Positions 1-9,866 of a stretch of 64,000 nt of DNA are shown in pieces. The translations under genes and the position numbers were made by a program. Location of the stretch: assembly GCA_965228895.1 (NCBI GenBank), contig OZ245842.1:4064001-4128000 (forward strand), in the 5' to 3' direction. The stretch is from Alphaproteobacteria bacterium (GTDB lineage: Bacteria > Pseudomonadota > Alphaproteobacteria > SP197). Within the stretch, counting starts at the first letter, position 1. Each line of letters starts with the position of its first letter. The notes under the pieces were generated by a model. It searched no databases and was not told the DNA's origin. It saw only the letters and a list, made by a program, of their open reading frames with translations.

Positions 1-2417
1 CCGATAATGGCGTTGAGCGGCGTTCTGAGTTCGTGGCTCATGTTGGCGACAAACTCGCTCTTCGCGCGGTTGGCCGACTCGGCTTCGTCACGCGCGGTGC
101 GCATTTCGTCTTCGTGGCGCAAACGCTCGGTGATATCGCGCAGCACGACGACCCAGCGCGCGATGTGGTTTTCCGGCATGCGTGAGGCGGCGACCTCAAC
201 GTCGATCGCCTCGCCTTCCAGGCGCAGCAATCGGGCCTGGGCCAACGACGCGGCGCGCGCGGCGTCATCCAGGAACGTACGAATGGCCGAGCTGGAATCA
301 ATGCCGATCGGGCGCACGACCTCCAAGACATCGGTGATCGGACGGCCAATGACCTCAGTCGGCTCGCCGACGCCAATCAGGTCGACAAAAGCCTTGTTGA
401 CATAGGTGACGCGCTCTTGCTCGGTCAGCATGACCGGGTCAGGCAGCATACGCACCAGTTGCTCAAAGCGCTGCTCACTCTGGCGGCGACCCTCTTCGGC
501 ATCACGCAGCCGGCTGATGTCCTCGATCGCGCAGATCACGCGCGACCACGTGCCAGCGTGGGATTCCGGCAGAACACTGACAGCTCTGACGGCAAAGTCG
601 CGCCCGTCGAGGGTCTGGTCAATCGCCTCGATTTCCGCGCGCGAGCCGCCACGCGCCATGACAGACACCATGTTGGCGTGAATCGGCGCCCATCTGATGC
701 GCCAGTCGCTTTGGCGCGCGGCGTCGACGACGCTTGATGCGTTGATGCCACCATAGAGGTCGACGGTCACCTGGTTGACGTCGATCACCCTGATCAACTC
801 GCTCAGTTCTTCGACCACCTCCGGGTGCTCGTCGAGATAGCTGCCGATGTCGGTGATGCCGAACTCGCGCAGCTCATCGATGCGCGATTTGACCAGCGAG
901 AAATCCTCTTCCCAAATGCTGATCGGTGTCTGGTCGAACAGATCGCGGTAGCGCGCCTGGCTCGACTGGAGCGCCGCTTCGGTGCGCTTGCGCACGGTGA
1001 CGTCTTCGAACGTGGTGATCACACGCGACCATGTGCTGGCGTGGGCATCGGGCAACAGCGTCACCGACTTGATGTCAAACGTGGTGTCGTCGAAGGCCGT
1101 CTCTTGCAGTTCGGTCAAATAGCGGTGATGGCCGTTCAACAAGTGGCCGAGTTCGCGGGCGTATCGCGTCGCCCACTCGTAGCTCGCCTTTTGCCGATCC
1201 AGATAGGCCACCAGGCTTTCCTGGTCCGGCGCGCCGAACATGTCCAACAGGGCCTGGTTGACCGCGACGACACGCGCCATGCCGCTGATGCGCTTTGCCT
1301 CGTCGGGCCGTTCAAGCAGATAGGTCTCGATGTTGTGGATACCGGAATCCACGAGCGCGTCGACCGCGAGCTTCACCAGCGAATAGTCTTCTTCAAGAAT
1401 GCCGACCGGCGTTTCGTCAAACAGCGAGCGATACCTGTCCTCGCTGGCCTTGCGTTCGACCATGGCCTGATGGTTCTCCGTCACATCGAGAACACAAGAC
1501 GTGACGCACTCCCAGGTCGACTTGAACTCATCGGCCACGAACGAAACGGATCGAATACGCAGCGACAAGCCATCAAAGGCAAGGTCCTCGTAGTCGACGA
1601 CCGGACGACTTTCGCCAGCGGCCAGCAGCGCCAATTCCTGCTTGTGAAACCGGCGCCAAAACTTGCGCCGTTCCGGGCGTTCGACCTCGTCGATGAACGC
1701 CTGTCGACCCATCGATCCGGCCTTGTAGATATCCAGCACCGCCTGATTGACGTCGACGACCTGGATCAGATCGATGGCCTTGTCCAGATCTTCGGGGTGT
1801 TTGTCGAAATGCTCATCGAAATCCGTCACGCCGTCGTCGCGCAATTGGTCAAGGAAGACCTTGGTTGCCGAATAGTTCTCCTGCCAAATGCCGGCAGGCG
1901 CGGATGTGAAGAGATTGCGGAAGCGTTGTTCGCTTGCCCTCAGGGCCTGCTCGGCATCCTTGCGCCGTGTGATATCGAAACTCGAGCCGACCAACCCCTT
2001 GAACTTGCCGGACTCATCAAAGCGTTGCCGCATGTCTTCGTAAAGCCAGCGATAGACGCCATCGCTGCGCCGTACGCGGTACTCGAGCCTGATCGGCTCG
2101 TGCTCCTTTATGGCGCGGCGCCATGCCTTGCCATAGTTGGCCCTATCGTCGGGATGCAGGGCTCCGCTCCAGGCCTGCTCGATATCGTCGTCAGCTGAGA
2201 TTGCCAGATAGGTACGCCAAGCGTTGTTGCCGTAAATTGTCGTGCCTTCGGCGTCAGTCATCCAAAGCATGGTGGAGACATTGCGGGTAACGTCGGAGAT
2301 CAGACTTTCCCGAACGGGTCGCTTTGGCAGCAACAACCGCGCACCGACACCGGCCGCTAAACCTAACAGCAGCCCGGCCAGACTCGGTATCAGCCAGTTC
2401 GACCACAGATCGACCAT
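1..2417 (-). CDS. Multi-PAS sensor histidine kinase (partial, 3' end runs off the left edge)
   Basis: Not in the ORF track because no stop lies in the window. Manual minus-strand translation from ATG 2417 gives an N-terminal hydrophobic segment (LIPSLAGLLLGLAAGVGA), about five PAS/PAC units (e.g. LHPDD...EYRVRRSDGVYRW...DIT) and the HisKA H-box ANRAKSEFVANMSHELRTPLNAII at positions ~3-75. Confidence 0.9.
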   Translation of the reverse strand, partial: MVDLWSNWLIPSLAGLLLGLAAGVGARLLLPKRPVRESLISDVTRNVSTMLWMTDAEGTTIYGNNAWRTYLAISADDDIEQAWSGALHPDDRANYGKAWRRAIKEHEPIRLEYRVRRSDGVYRWLYEDMRQRFDESGKFKGLVGSSFDITRRKDAEQALRASEQRFRNLFTSAPAGIWQENYSATKVFLDQLRDDGVTDFDEHFDKHPEDLDKAIDLIQVVDVNQAVLDIYKAGSMGRQAFIDEVERPERRKFWRRFHKQELALLAAGESRPVVDYEDLAFDGLSLRIRSVSFVADEFKSTWECVTSCVLDVTENHQAMVERKASEDRYRSLFDETPVGILEEDYSLVKLAVDALVDSGIHNIETYLLERPDEAKRISGMARVVAVNQALLDMFGAPDQESLVAYLDRQKASYEWATRYARELGHLLNGHHRYLTELQETAFDDTTFDIKSVTLLPDAHASTWSRVITTFEDVTVRKRTEAALQSSQARYRDLFDQTPISIWEEDFSLVKSRIDELREFGITDIGSYLDEHPEVVEELSELIRVIDVNQVTVDLYGGINASSVVDAARQSDWRIRWAPIHANMVSVMARGGSRAEIEAIDQTLDGRDFAVRAVSVLPESHAGTWSRVICAIEDISRLRDAEEGRRQSEQRFEQLVRMLPDPVMLTEQERVTYVNKAFVDLIGVGEPTEVIGRPITDVLEVVRPIGIDSSSAIRTFLDDAARAASLAQARLLRLEGEAIDVEVAASRMPENHIARWVVVLRDITERLRHEDEMRTARDEAESANRAKSEFVANMSHELRTPLNAII

Positions 2418-2632
2418 CGGTTATCCGCTGCTGCTCCTCTGCCGTCCGCAGGCTCGGTCAGATCACGCAATCAAGGCCCCGTTTGCCGTTGCCCAATCGC
2501 GATCAAGTATACATCCTTACGCACGAACAAAATGTCATAAGATCTACTTATGATTGCGCGAAAGAATGTCGACGATATCGACCAATAAGCAAGGTTTGCA
2601 ATGACGGGCGTCACGCCATAGTACGAAGGCCC

Positions 2633-4174
2633 ATGGACGCAAACTCAGACACAATGCTGACAAACACGCTGATTCGCTTGATTTCGGCCGGTGACAACGA
2701 TGCCTCGGCTATCGGCGCGCCGGATCGCGATTGGCTGACCTATGGGGTCCTTCGTGAACAGACGGTGGGCACCGTTTCGACGCTCAATCGCCTCGGAGTC
2801 GGCCGAAACGACAGGGTTGCCATTGTCCTGCCCAATGGACCGGAGATGGCCGCGGCCTTTGTCGCCATCGCCGCCGGCGCCACGACGGCACCGCTCAATC
2901 CGGCCTATCGCAGCGACGAGTTCCGCTTTTACCTGGATGACCTGGACGCCAAGGCCCTGGTTGTCGAGCGCGGCAGCACGTCCGAAGCCGTCCCAGTCGC
3001 CCGGGACCTCTCGATCCCCGTGTTCGAGCTGGATGCCGCCGCTGACGGCCCCGCCGGCTCATTCACGCTGGAAGGTGAGCCGATCGGCGCAACGTCCGGC
3101 AAGACCGGCTTTGCCGAAGCCGATGACACGGCACTGGTGCTGCACACATCAGGGACGACGTCGCGGCCAAAGATCGTGCCGCTCAGTCACACCAACGTCT
3201 GCAGCTCGGCCAGACATATCGCGGCGACGCTGGCGCTGACGCCTTCTGACCGCTGCCTCAACGTGATGCCGCTGTTCCACATTCACGGCCTTATCGCTGC
3301 GGTCCTGTCGACCCTTAGCGCCGGCGCCGCGATCTCCTGTTCGCCGGGGTTCAATGCGCTGAAGTTCTTTCCCTGGCTCGAAGCGGTCGCGCCGACCTGG
3401 TACACCGCCGTCCCGACCATGCATCAGGCAATCCTGTCGCGTGCCGGTCGCAACCAGGACATCGTCAAGGCGAACCGCCTGCGCTTTATCCGCTCGTCAT
3501 CATCGTCGCTGCCGCCGCAGGTAATGGCCGCGCTGGAGGAGACGTTCGACGCACCGGTCATCGAGGCCTACGGCATGACCGAAGCCGCCCATCAGATGGC
3601 GAGCAACCCGCTGCCGCCGGCTGAGCGCAAGCCGGGTACGGTCGGGCTCGCGGCGGGCCCGGAAGTCGCGGTCATGGACGATGCGGGAACGCTTCTGGAC
3701 CAAGGCGCCGTCGGCGAGATCGTCATCCGCGGGCCCAACGTCACCAGCGGTTACGAAAACAATCCCAAGGCCAACGCCGAAGCGTTCTCTCATGGCTGGT
3801 TTCATACCGGCGACCAGGGCCAGATCGACGAGGACGGATACCTGCGTCTAACCGGGCGCTTGAAGGAGATCATCAACCGAGGTGGCGAAAAGATCTCACC
3901 GCGCGAGGTTGATGAGGTGTTGATGGATCATCCCGCGGTCGAGCAGGTCGTCACCTTCGCGCGACCGCACGACAAGCTGGGTGAAGACGTCGCCGCCGCC
4001 GTGGTGCTGCGCGACGGCGAAGAAGCGGACGCCCAAGCGATACGGGACTTTGCACGCGAGCGGCTGGCCGACTTCAAGGTACCGCGCACGGTAATCTTCC
4101 TGGACGAGATCCCCAAGGGCGCCACCGGCAAGCTGCAACGTATCGGCTTGGCGGAAAAGCTGGGCTTGGCATGA
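2633..4174 (+). CDS. Acyl-CoA synthetase, oxalate-CoA ligase (AAE3/Pcs60)-like
   Basis: AMP-binding motif LHTSGTTSRPK, PLFHIHGL, EAYGMTEAAHQM, TGD, RGGEKISP, PKGATGK. Start at ATG 2633 or 2654 rather than the ORF-track 2324. Confidence 0.85.
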   Translation: MDANSDTMLTNTLIRLISAGDNDASAIGAPDRDWLTYGVLREQTVGTVSTLNRLGVGRNDRVAIVLPNGPEMAAAFVAIAAGATTAPLNPAYRSDEFRFYLDDLDAKALVVERGSTSEAVPVARDLSIPVFELDAAADGPAGSFTLEGEPIGATSGKTGFAEADDTALVLHTSGTTSRPKIVPLSHTNVCSSARHIAATLALTPSDRCLNVMPLFHIHGLIAAVLSTLSAGAAISCSPGFNALKFFPWLEAVAPTWYTAVPTMHQAILSRAGRNQDIVKANRLRFIRSSSSSLPPQVMAALEETFDAPVIEAYGMTEAAHQMASNPLPPAERKPGTVGLAAGPEVAVMDDAGTLLDQGAVGEIVIRGPNVTSGYENNPKANAEAFSHGWFHTGDQGQIDEDGYLRLTGRLKEIINRGGEKISPREVDEVLMDHPAVEQVVTFARPHDKLGEDVAAAVVLRDGEEADAQAIRDFARERLADFKVPRTVIFLDEIPKGATGKLQRIGLAEKLGLA

Positions 4175-5154
4175 CCCGGATCGCGATTTACGGCGCCGGC
4201 GCCATCGGCGGGCTGATGGGCGCGCGCCTGACCAAGACCGATGTCGACCTCTCGTTGATCGCCCGGGGCCCGCATTTGGCGGCCATTCGCGACAACGGCC
4301 TGACGATGATCGAAGAAGACGGCACGCGCGAGACCGCCACCGTCAACGCGACCGACAACCCCGCCGACCTGGGCATCCAGGACTATGTCATCGTGACGCT
4401 GAAGGCCCACTCGGTGCCGGCTGTGGTCGATGCCATGCAGCCACTTCTGGGGGCCCAGACCGCCGTCGTGATGGCCGTCAACGGCTTCCCGTGGTGGTAC
4501 TTTCATGACCTGGAGGGGCCCTGGCGCGACCGACGTGTCGAAAGCGTCGATCCGGGCGGGTCTTTATGGGACGGCATCGGACCGGAGCGCGCGATCGGCT
4601 GTGTCGTCTATCCGGCCAGCGACGTGCCGGAACCCGGCGTCATCCGCCATATCAGTGGCGATCGTTTCTCTCTCGGTGAACCGTCGGGCGAACGCACGGA
4701 GCGGCTCGATTCGCTGTCACAGATTCTGCGCGACGCGGGTTTCAAGGCGCCGATCAAACCGCGCCTGCGCGACGAGATCTGGATCAAGCTGTGGGGCAAT
4801 CTGTGTTTCAATCCGATCAGCGCCCTCACCCATGCGACGTTGGATATCATCTGTACCGACCCTGGCACGCGGGCGATCAGCCGCGCGATGATGCTCGAAG
4901 CCCAGGCGATCGGTGAAGCGCTCGGCGCGCGATTTGCGATCGATGTGGAAAAACGTATCGATGGCGGTGCTGCCGTCGGCGCGCACCGAACCAGCATGCT
5001 GCAGGATCTTGAGATGGGGAGGCCAATGGAAATCGACGCCCTGGTTACGGTCGTGCAGGAATTGGGCATCATGACCGGGATCGAAACACCGACCATCGAC
5101 ATGATTTTGTCGTTGATCCAACAGCGCGGCCGCATGGCCGGCGTTTACGGCTAA
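4171..5154 (+). CDS. panE: Ketopantoate reductase family protein (PanE/ApbA; probable oxalyl-CoA reductase PanE2 type)
   Basis: GAGAIG Rossmann motif, W-x-KL-x-x-N, TSMLQD...E-I-D motif. 4-bp ATGA overlap with the CoA ligase. Confidence 0.85.
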   Translation: MTRIAIYGAGAIGGLMGARLTKTDVDLSLIARGPHLAAIRDNGLTMIEEDGTRETATVNATDNPADLGIQDYVIVTLKAHSVPAVVDAMQPLLGAQTAVVMAVNGFPWWYFHDLEGPWRDRRVESVDPGGSLWDGIGPERAIGCVVYPASDVPEPGVIRHISGDRFSLGEPSGERTERLDSLSQILRDAGFKAPIKPRLRDEIWIKLWGNLCFNPISALTHATLDIICTDPGTRAISRAMMLEAQAIGEALGARFAIDVEKRIDGGAAVGAHRTSMLQDLEMGRPMEIDALVTVVQELGIMTGIETPTIDMILSLIQQRGRMAGVYG

Positions 5155-5216
5155 AATGAAACGTCAAAAGGCGGTCGTTGAAATGTGATGCCACCGATCG
5201 GCGGTAACGCATAACA

Positions 5217-5290
5217 TGGAGCGGGTGAGGGGAATCGAACCCCTGTCTCGAGCTTGGGAAGCTTGCGTTCTACCATTGAACTACACCCGC
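5217..5290 (-). tRNA. tRNA-Gly(CCC)
   Basis: Reverse complement GCGGGTGTAGTTCAATGGTAGAACGCAAGCTTCCCAAGCTCGAGACAGGGGTTCGATTCCCCTCACCCGCTCCA: acceptor stem, D-loop, CCC anticodon, GTTCGA T-loop and encoded CCA. Confidence 0.97.
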
Positions 5291-5357
5291 CTCCGTATGA
5301 TCTAATTACGATGGTCGTCGAAGGCGATCAAGGCATCCAAGGACCTATTGAACTGCC

Positions 5358-5750
5358 ATGTACCAAGAAACCACGCGCGATATCACCATCACGGTCGAAC
5401 CGATCTACTTGGAAGATCAGTCCGACCCCACGCAGAACCACTTCGTCTGGGCCTATCAGGTCTCGATCACCAACGAGGGTCCGGAGACGGTTCAGCTGTT
5501 GACCCGCCATTGGAAGATCACCGACAGTGCCGGCCGGACCCAGGAGGTGCGTGGCCCCGGCGTGGTTGGCGAACAGCCCGTGCTGAAGCCCGGCGAAAGC
5601 TATGAATACGCCAGCGGCACGCCGCTCAGCACCCCGTCGGGCATCATGGTCGGCACCTATCAGATGCAATGCACGGGCGGCGAAACCTTCGATGTCGCCA
5701 TTCCGGCGTTTTCGCTCGACAGCCCCCACCAGCCGGCGGCGCTTAACTGA
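5358..5750 (+). CDS. apaG: ApaG protein
   Basis: AY-x-V-x-I-x-N, QLLTRHWKITD, GPGVVGEQP, Y-x-SGTPLSTPSG-x-M-x-G-x-Y motifs. Confidence 0.95.
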   Translation: MYQETTRDITITVEPIYLEDQSDPTQNHFVWAYQVSITNEGPETVQLLTRHWKITDSAGRTQEVRGPGVVGEQPVLKPGESYEYASGTPLSTPSGIMVGTYQMQCTGGETFDVAIPAFSLDSPHQPAALN

Positions 5751-5841
5751 TCCGCTTGCCGCCCACCGGCGTGTGGGCTAGAACGCCGCGCCCGACAGCG
5801 CCTGGCTTTGGCAGGCGCGGTGTCGGCGAAAGGACGGTACC

Positions 5842-6453
5842 GTGACAGGCGACAAGGCAAAACCCGCCCGCCCAAGCCGCGAAGAGGCTGAGGCGGCGGT
5901 ACGAACGTTGATAGCGTGGGCCGGCGACGACCCAACACGCGAGGGTCTGGCCGACACGCCCCGGCGGGTCACGACAGCCTATGATGAGTGGTTTTCCGGC
6001 TACGGCAAGAACCCGTCCGACGTGCTGGGCACCACCTTCAGCGAGACCGACGGCTATGACGAGATGGTCACGTTGCGTAATGTTCGCTTCGAGTCCCATT
6101 GCGAACATCACCTGGCGCCGATTATCGGGCGCATCCACGTCGGCTACATGCCGCGCAATCGCGTGATCGGCATTTCCAAGATCGCGCGGCTGATCGAGGT
6201 CTACGCCAAGCGCATGCAGATCCAGGAGCGGCTGACGGCGCAGATTGCCGATACGCTCAACAACACGTTGGAGCCCAAAGGAGTCGCCGTGGTGGTCGAA
6301 GCGACCCACCACTGTATGACGACACGCGGCGTCCACAAGTCCGGCGTCGTCATGGTAACCAGCCGCATGTTGGGCGATTTCCGGACAAAAGCGGCGACCA
6401 GGCGCGAGTTCCTGGCCCATATCGGCAACCCCGTGACGTCCGAGCTGTCCTGA
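5842..6453 (+). CDS. folE: GTP cyclohydrolase I
   Basis: [44 protein letters not shown] motifs. Confidence 0.96.
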   Translation: MTGDKAKPARPSREEAEAAVRTLIAWAGDDPTREGLADTPRRVTTAYDEWFSGYGKNPSDVLGTTFSETDGYDEMVTLRNVRFESHCEHHLAPIIGRIHVGYMPRNRVIGISKIARLIEVYAKRMQIQERLTAQIADTLNNTLEPKGVAVVVEATHHCMTTRGVHKSGVVMVTSRMLGDFRTKAATRREFLAHIGNPVTSELS

Positions 6454-6549
6454 GCCAGCATTGAGGCTGACCGATAGCGGCCTTGCCAGTCCCGGTCGCG
6501 ACAGCCACGATGACGGCGCCTTGATCATGAACGCAGGAACACCCTTCAG

Positions 6550-7995
6550 GTGATCGACTTCCGGCCCATTCTCCAGGTCGTCGGCATCCTTCTGACGACC
6601 CTGGCGCTGGCCATGTTTGTGCCGGCGCTGGCCGACTTGGTGGCGTCCAATCCCGATTGGCAGGTGTTCCTGGGCGCCGGTTTCCTGACCTTGTTCATCG
6701 GCATGGGCCTGTTCCTGACCAACCGGTCGGGCGCAACGGGTCTGACCGTGCGCCAGGCGTTCCTGCTGACAACCTTAAGTTGGGTCGTCCTGGCCGCGTT
6801 TGCCGCGCTTCCCTTCACCTTCGCCGGGCTGGGCCTTGACTACGGCGATGCGTATTTCGAGGCCGTTGCGGGACTGACGACGACCGGCGCGACGGTGGTG
6901 ACGAACCTGCAAAACGCGCCGCCAGGTATTCTTGTATGGCGCGCACTGCTTCAGTGGCTGGGCGGCATCGGTATCATCGTGATGGCCGTCGCACTGTTGC
7001 CGATGCTGCGCATCGCCGGCATGCAGCTCTTTCAGACGGAATCGTCGGACCAGGAGAAGATCCTGCCGCGCACCGCGCGCATTTCGTTCTCGATCTCCGT
7101 TATCTACCTGGTTTTTACAATCTCATGCTTCGTCGCCTACTGGGCGACCGGCATGCGGCCTTTCGATGCCTTGATGCATGCCATGACAACGGTGTCGACC
7201 GCCGGATTCTCGACCCATGATTCGTCGATCGGTGTCTTCGACAGCACCGGCATCGAGATCGTCGCCATCATTTTCATGCTGCTCGGCACGATGCCGTTCG
7301 TCATCTATATCCAGATGGTGCGCGGCCGCTTCGTACCTTTGTGGCGCGACTTTCAGGTCAGGTGGTTTTTTGCCGTCGCGCTTTCAGCGATGGCGCTGTT
7401 GATTGTGTGGCGTCTGGTAACCAGCGACGATGCGTTCTGGATCGTCGTTCGCGAAGTCGCCTTCAACGTCACCGCCATTGCGACGACGACCGGCTACGCC
7501 TCCGACGATTTCAGCGCCTGGGGCGGTTTCGCCATTGCTATCTTCTTCGTCCTCTTCTTCCTGGGCGGCTGCACCGGATCGACATCCGGCGGCATCAAGA
7601 TGTTTCGCGTCCATGTGCTTGCCGCCAACATCTATTCCCAGCTCAAACGGCTGACCCAGCCTCACGGCGTCTTTGTCGCGCATTTCAACAAGGTTCAGAT
7701 TTCCGACGTGGTCTCCCAGTCCGTCACCACCTTTTTCGTCATCTATATCGGCGCGTTCTTTGTGCTCACCGTCGGCCTTGCCGCCCACGACCTGGATTTC
7801 CTGACCAGCATCTCCGGCGCTGCCGCGGCGCTGGGCAATATCGGACCCGGACTGGGACCTGTTATCGGGCCCGCCGGCAACTACGCGAGTCTGCCCGACA
7901 GCGCGAAGTTCCTGCTGTGCGCCGGCATGCTGCTCGGCCGTCTTGAGCTCTTCACCATCCTTGTCCTGCTTACCCCCCGTTTCTGGCGCGAGTGA
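6550..7995 (+). CDS. trkH: Trk potassium uptake membrane protein
   Basis: Multi-TM protein with pore-loop motifs GLTTTGAT, STAGFS, TTTGY, GGCTGSTSGGIK, LGNIGPGLG and MLLGRLE. Confidence 0.95.
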   Translation: MIDFRPILQVVGILLTTLALAMFVPALADLVASNPDWQVFLGAGFLTLFIGMGLFLTNRSGATGLTVRQAFLLTTLSWVVLAAFAALPFTFAGLGLDYGDAYFEAVAGLTTTGATVVTNLQNAPPGILVWRALLQWLGGIGIIVMAVALLPMLRIAGMQLFQTESSDQEKILPRTARISFSISVIYLVFTISCFVAYWATGMRPFDALMHAMTTVSTAGFSTHDSSIGVFDSTGIEIVAIIFMLLGTMPFVIYIQMVRGRFVPLWRDFQVRWFFAVALSAMALLIVWRLVTSDDAFWIVVREVAFNVTAIATTTGYASDDFSAWGGFAIAIFFVLFFLGGCTGSTSGGIKMFRVHVLAANIYSQLKRLTQPHGVFVAHFNKVQISDVVSQSVTTFFVIYIGAFFVLTVGLAAHDLDFLTSISGAAAALGNIGPGLGPVIGPAGNYASLPDSAKFLLCAGMLLGRLELFTILVLLTPRFWRE

Positions 7996-7999
7996 CACC

Positions 8000-9157
8000 A
8001 TGGCCCCGACCTATTCCCCACGTGAGATGATCGAACGTCTGATTGCGTTCGATACGACCAGCCGCCACTCCAATCTCGAGCTGATCGATTTTGTCGCGGA
8101 CTACCTGAAGCGTTACGACATCAGCTCGTCGCTCAGTCACGATCGTGACGGCGGCAAGGCCAACCTGTTCGCTACCATCGGTCCGGCCGGCGACGGCGGT
8201 ATCGTGCTGTCAGGCCATACCGACGTCGTGCCCGTCGACGGCCAGGACTGGACCAGCAATCCGTTTAAGGTGGTCGAGCGCGACGGCAAGCTCTACGGAC
8301 GCGGCACGTCGGACATGAAGAGCTTCATCGCCATTGTTCTGGCGCTGGTACCCGACTTTCTGGCTCAGCCGCTATCGCAGCCCATCCACTTCGCGTTTTC
8401 CTATGACGAAGAGATCGGCTGTCTGGGCGTTCATGGCCTCATCAAAGACATTCGCGCCCAAGGACTGCGGCCCCAAGCGGCGATCATCGGCGAACCCACA
8501 AGTATGGAGGTGGTCGACGCGCATAAGGGGATCGCCGGCTATCGGACCCAGTTTCGCGGTGTCGCAGCCCACTCCAGCGCGACCCATATCGGCATCAGCG
8601 CGACCCATGCGGCCGGCCGCTTCGTCACCTTTCTGGACGATCTGTTCGAGGAAATGCAAGGCCGTGCGCGGCCCGATCTCGGGTTCGTGCCGCCCTATAC
8701 GACGATCCAGGTCGGCATTGTCGACGGCGGCACCGCCAGCAACATCATTGCCCAGGACTGCCTGGTTGACTGGCACTTCCGCGCCATGCCGACGGACAGC
8801 CCGCAGGACATTACCGACCGCTCCCTGGAGTTCCTGGACCGTCAGCGTCAGCGCATGCAAGCGCACCACAGCGCCGCGGACATCACGACGGAGCAACGCG
8901 CCAGCGTACCGCCGCTGAAACCCGATGACGCCTCGCCGGCGACCAGCCTGGCGCTCGCGCTGACCGGCAGCAACGCGGTCGCCAAGGCAAGCTTCGCGAC
9001 CGAGGCCGGTATTTTTCAGGAGGACGGCATCGCCGCGGTCGTGTGCGGCCCCGGCGACATCGCCCAGGCCCATCAACCCGACGAGTTCATCAGCCTGGAC
9101 CAGGTCGAGGCCGGCACCGCCTTCGTCAAGCGTTTGATCGAAAGACTCAGGACCTAG
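8000..9157 (+). CDS. argE: Acetylornithine deacetylase (M20 family)
   Basis: LSGHTDVVP, GRGTSDMK, DEEIGCLG, IIGEPT, TEAG, AHQPDEF. ATG at 8000 just after the trkH stop. Confidence 0.9.
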   Translation: MAPTYSPREMIERLIAFDTTSRHSNLELIDFVADYLKRYDISSSLSHDRDGGKANLFATIGPAGDGGIVLSGHTDVVPVDGQDWTSNPFKVVERDGKLYGRGTSDMKSFIAIVLALVPDFLAQPLSQPIHFAFSYDEEIGCLGVHGLIKDIRAQGLRPQAAIIGEPTSMEVVDAHKGIAGYRTQFRGVAAHSSATHIGISATHAAGRFVTFLDDLFEEMQGRARPDLGFVPPYTTIQVGIVDGGTASNIIAQDCLVDWHFRAMPTDSPQDITDRSLEFLDRQRQRMQAHHSAADITTEQRASVPPLKPDDASPATSLALALTGSNAVAKASFATEAGIFQEDGIAAVVCGPGDIAQAHQPDEFISLDQVEAGTAFVKRLIERLRT

Positions 9158-9178
9158 TTGTAGGCGTTGCGATCTCGG

Positions 9179-9251
9179 CACCAGCCCACTCCCCCACCCG
9201 GCCACCCATGACAGCATCCTCGGGGTGGCCGGGTGGGGGAGCGGGCTGGTG
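9179..9251. repeat. Long GC-rich inverted repeat (REP-like hairpin) between convergent genes
   Basis: Arms CACCAGCCCACTCCCCCACCCGGCCACCC (9179-9207) and 9223-9251 are reverse complements at 28/29 nt, with a 15-nt loop. Confidence 0.85.
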
Positions 9252-9275
9252 ATGCCGGCCGGCGAGAAAGCTCCA

Positions 9276-9866
9276 TCAGACCAGAAAGACCGACATCTTG
9301 CTGCGCATCTCTTGCTCCAGGCGTTCGTCGAGTGCCCGGGTCATCGAGGCGACCATGTCGTAGAGCGTCTGTTCGCGCTGATTGAGCGTGTAGTCCTCGG
9401 GAACCGTGCGTTTGGACGCCGCACGCGCCTGGACGAAGCCTGATCGCATGGGATCGCCAACGATCTCGATCCTGACCGTCATCAGACCTTCGTAACGTTC
9501 CGACTGGTCTGTGGTGAACAACCCTTGGACACCCCTGGTCAGATCCAGCGGTGTCTCGACGAATTTGTTTTCGATGATCGAGACGCGCGCAACACCCGGA
9601 CCGCCAGCGGCGACCAGCCGATCGCTCGCCCAGTTCGACATGGCGGCCAACGGCGACACGGGGAGACTGGCGCGAATGTCGCGCTGCGGCGGCTCAACGG
9701 TGCCGGTCGCCGCACTCTCGATGACCTCGATCCGGCTGACATCCAAACGCAGGGGCGCTTTGTGCTGAAACGTGATGTCGGGATAGACCGGCAAAGACAC
9801 CGGTGTGTTACAGGCCGTCACAAGCAAACCGCCACCCAAACCGAGCAGGACCTCACGCCGTCTCAT
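9276..9866 (-). CDS. Conserved hypothetical lipoprotein
   Basis: Likely start MRRREVLLGLGGGLLVTAC (lipobox, ATG 9866) overlapping the hslO stop codon. Confidence 0.75.
   Translation of the reverse strand: MRRREVLLGLGGGLLVTACNTPVSLPVYPDITFQHKAPLRLDVSRIEVIESAATGTVEPPQRDIRASLPVSPLAAMSNWASDRLVAAGGPGVARVSIIENKFVETPLDLTRGVQGLFTTDQSERYEGLMTVRIEIVGDPMRSGFVQARAASKRTVPEDYTLNQREQTLYDMVASMTRALDERLEQEMRSKMSVFLV

Noticed and set aside
825-2198. 457-aa plus-strand ORF and other plus-strand ORFs in 1-2400
   Set aside because: Antisense shadows of the minus-strand histidine kinase; no recognisable motifs.
5155-5290. tRNA-Gly as a genomic island attachment site
   Set aside because: No duplicate of the tRNA 3' end and no integrase seen in the window; cannot be excluded beyond the left edge.
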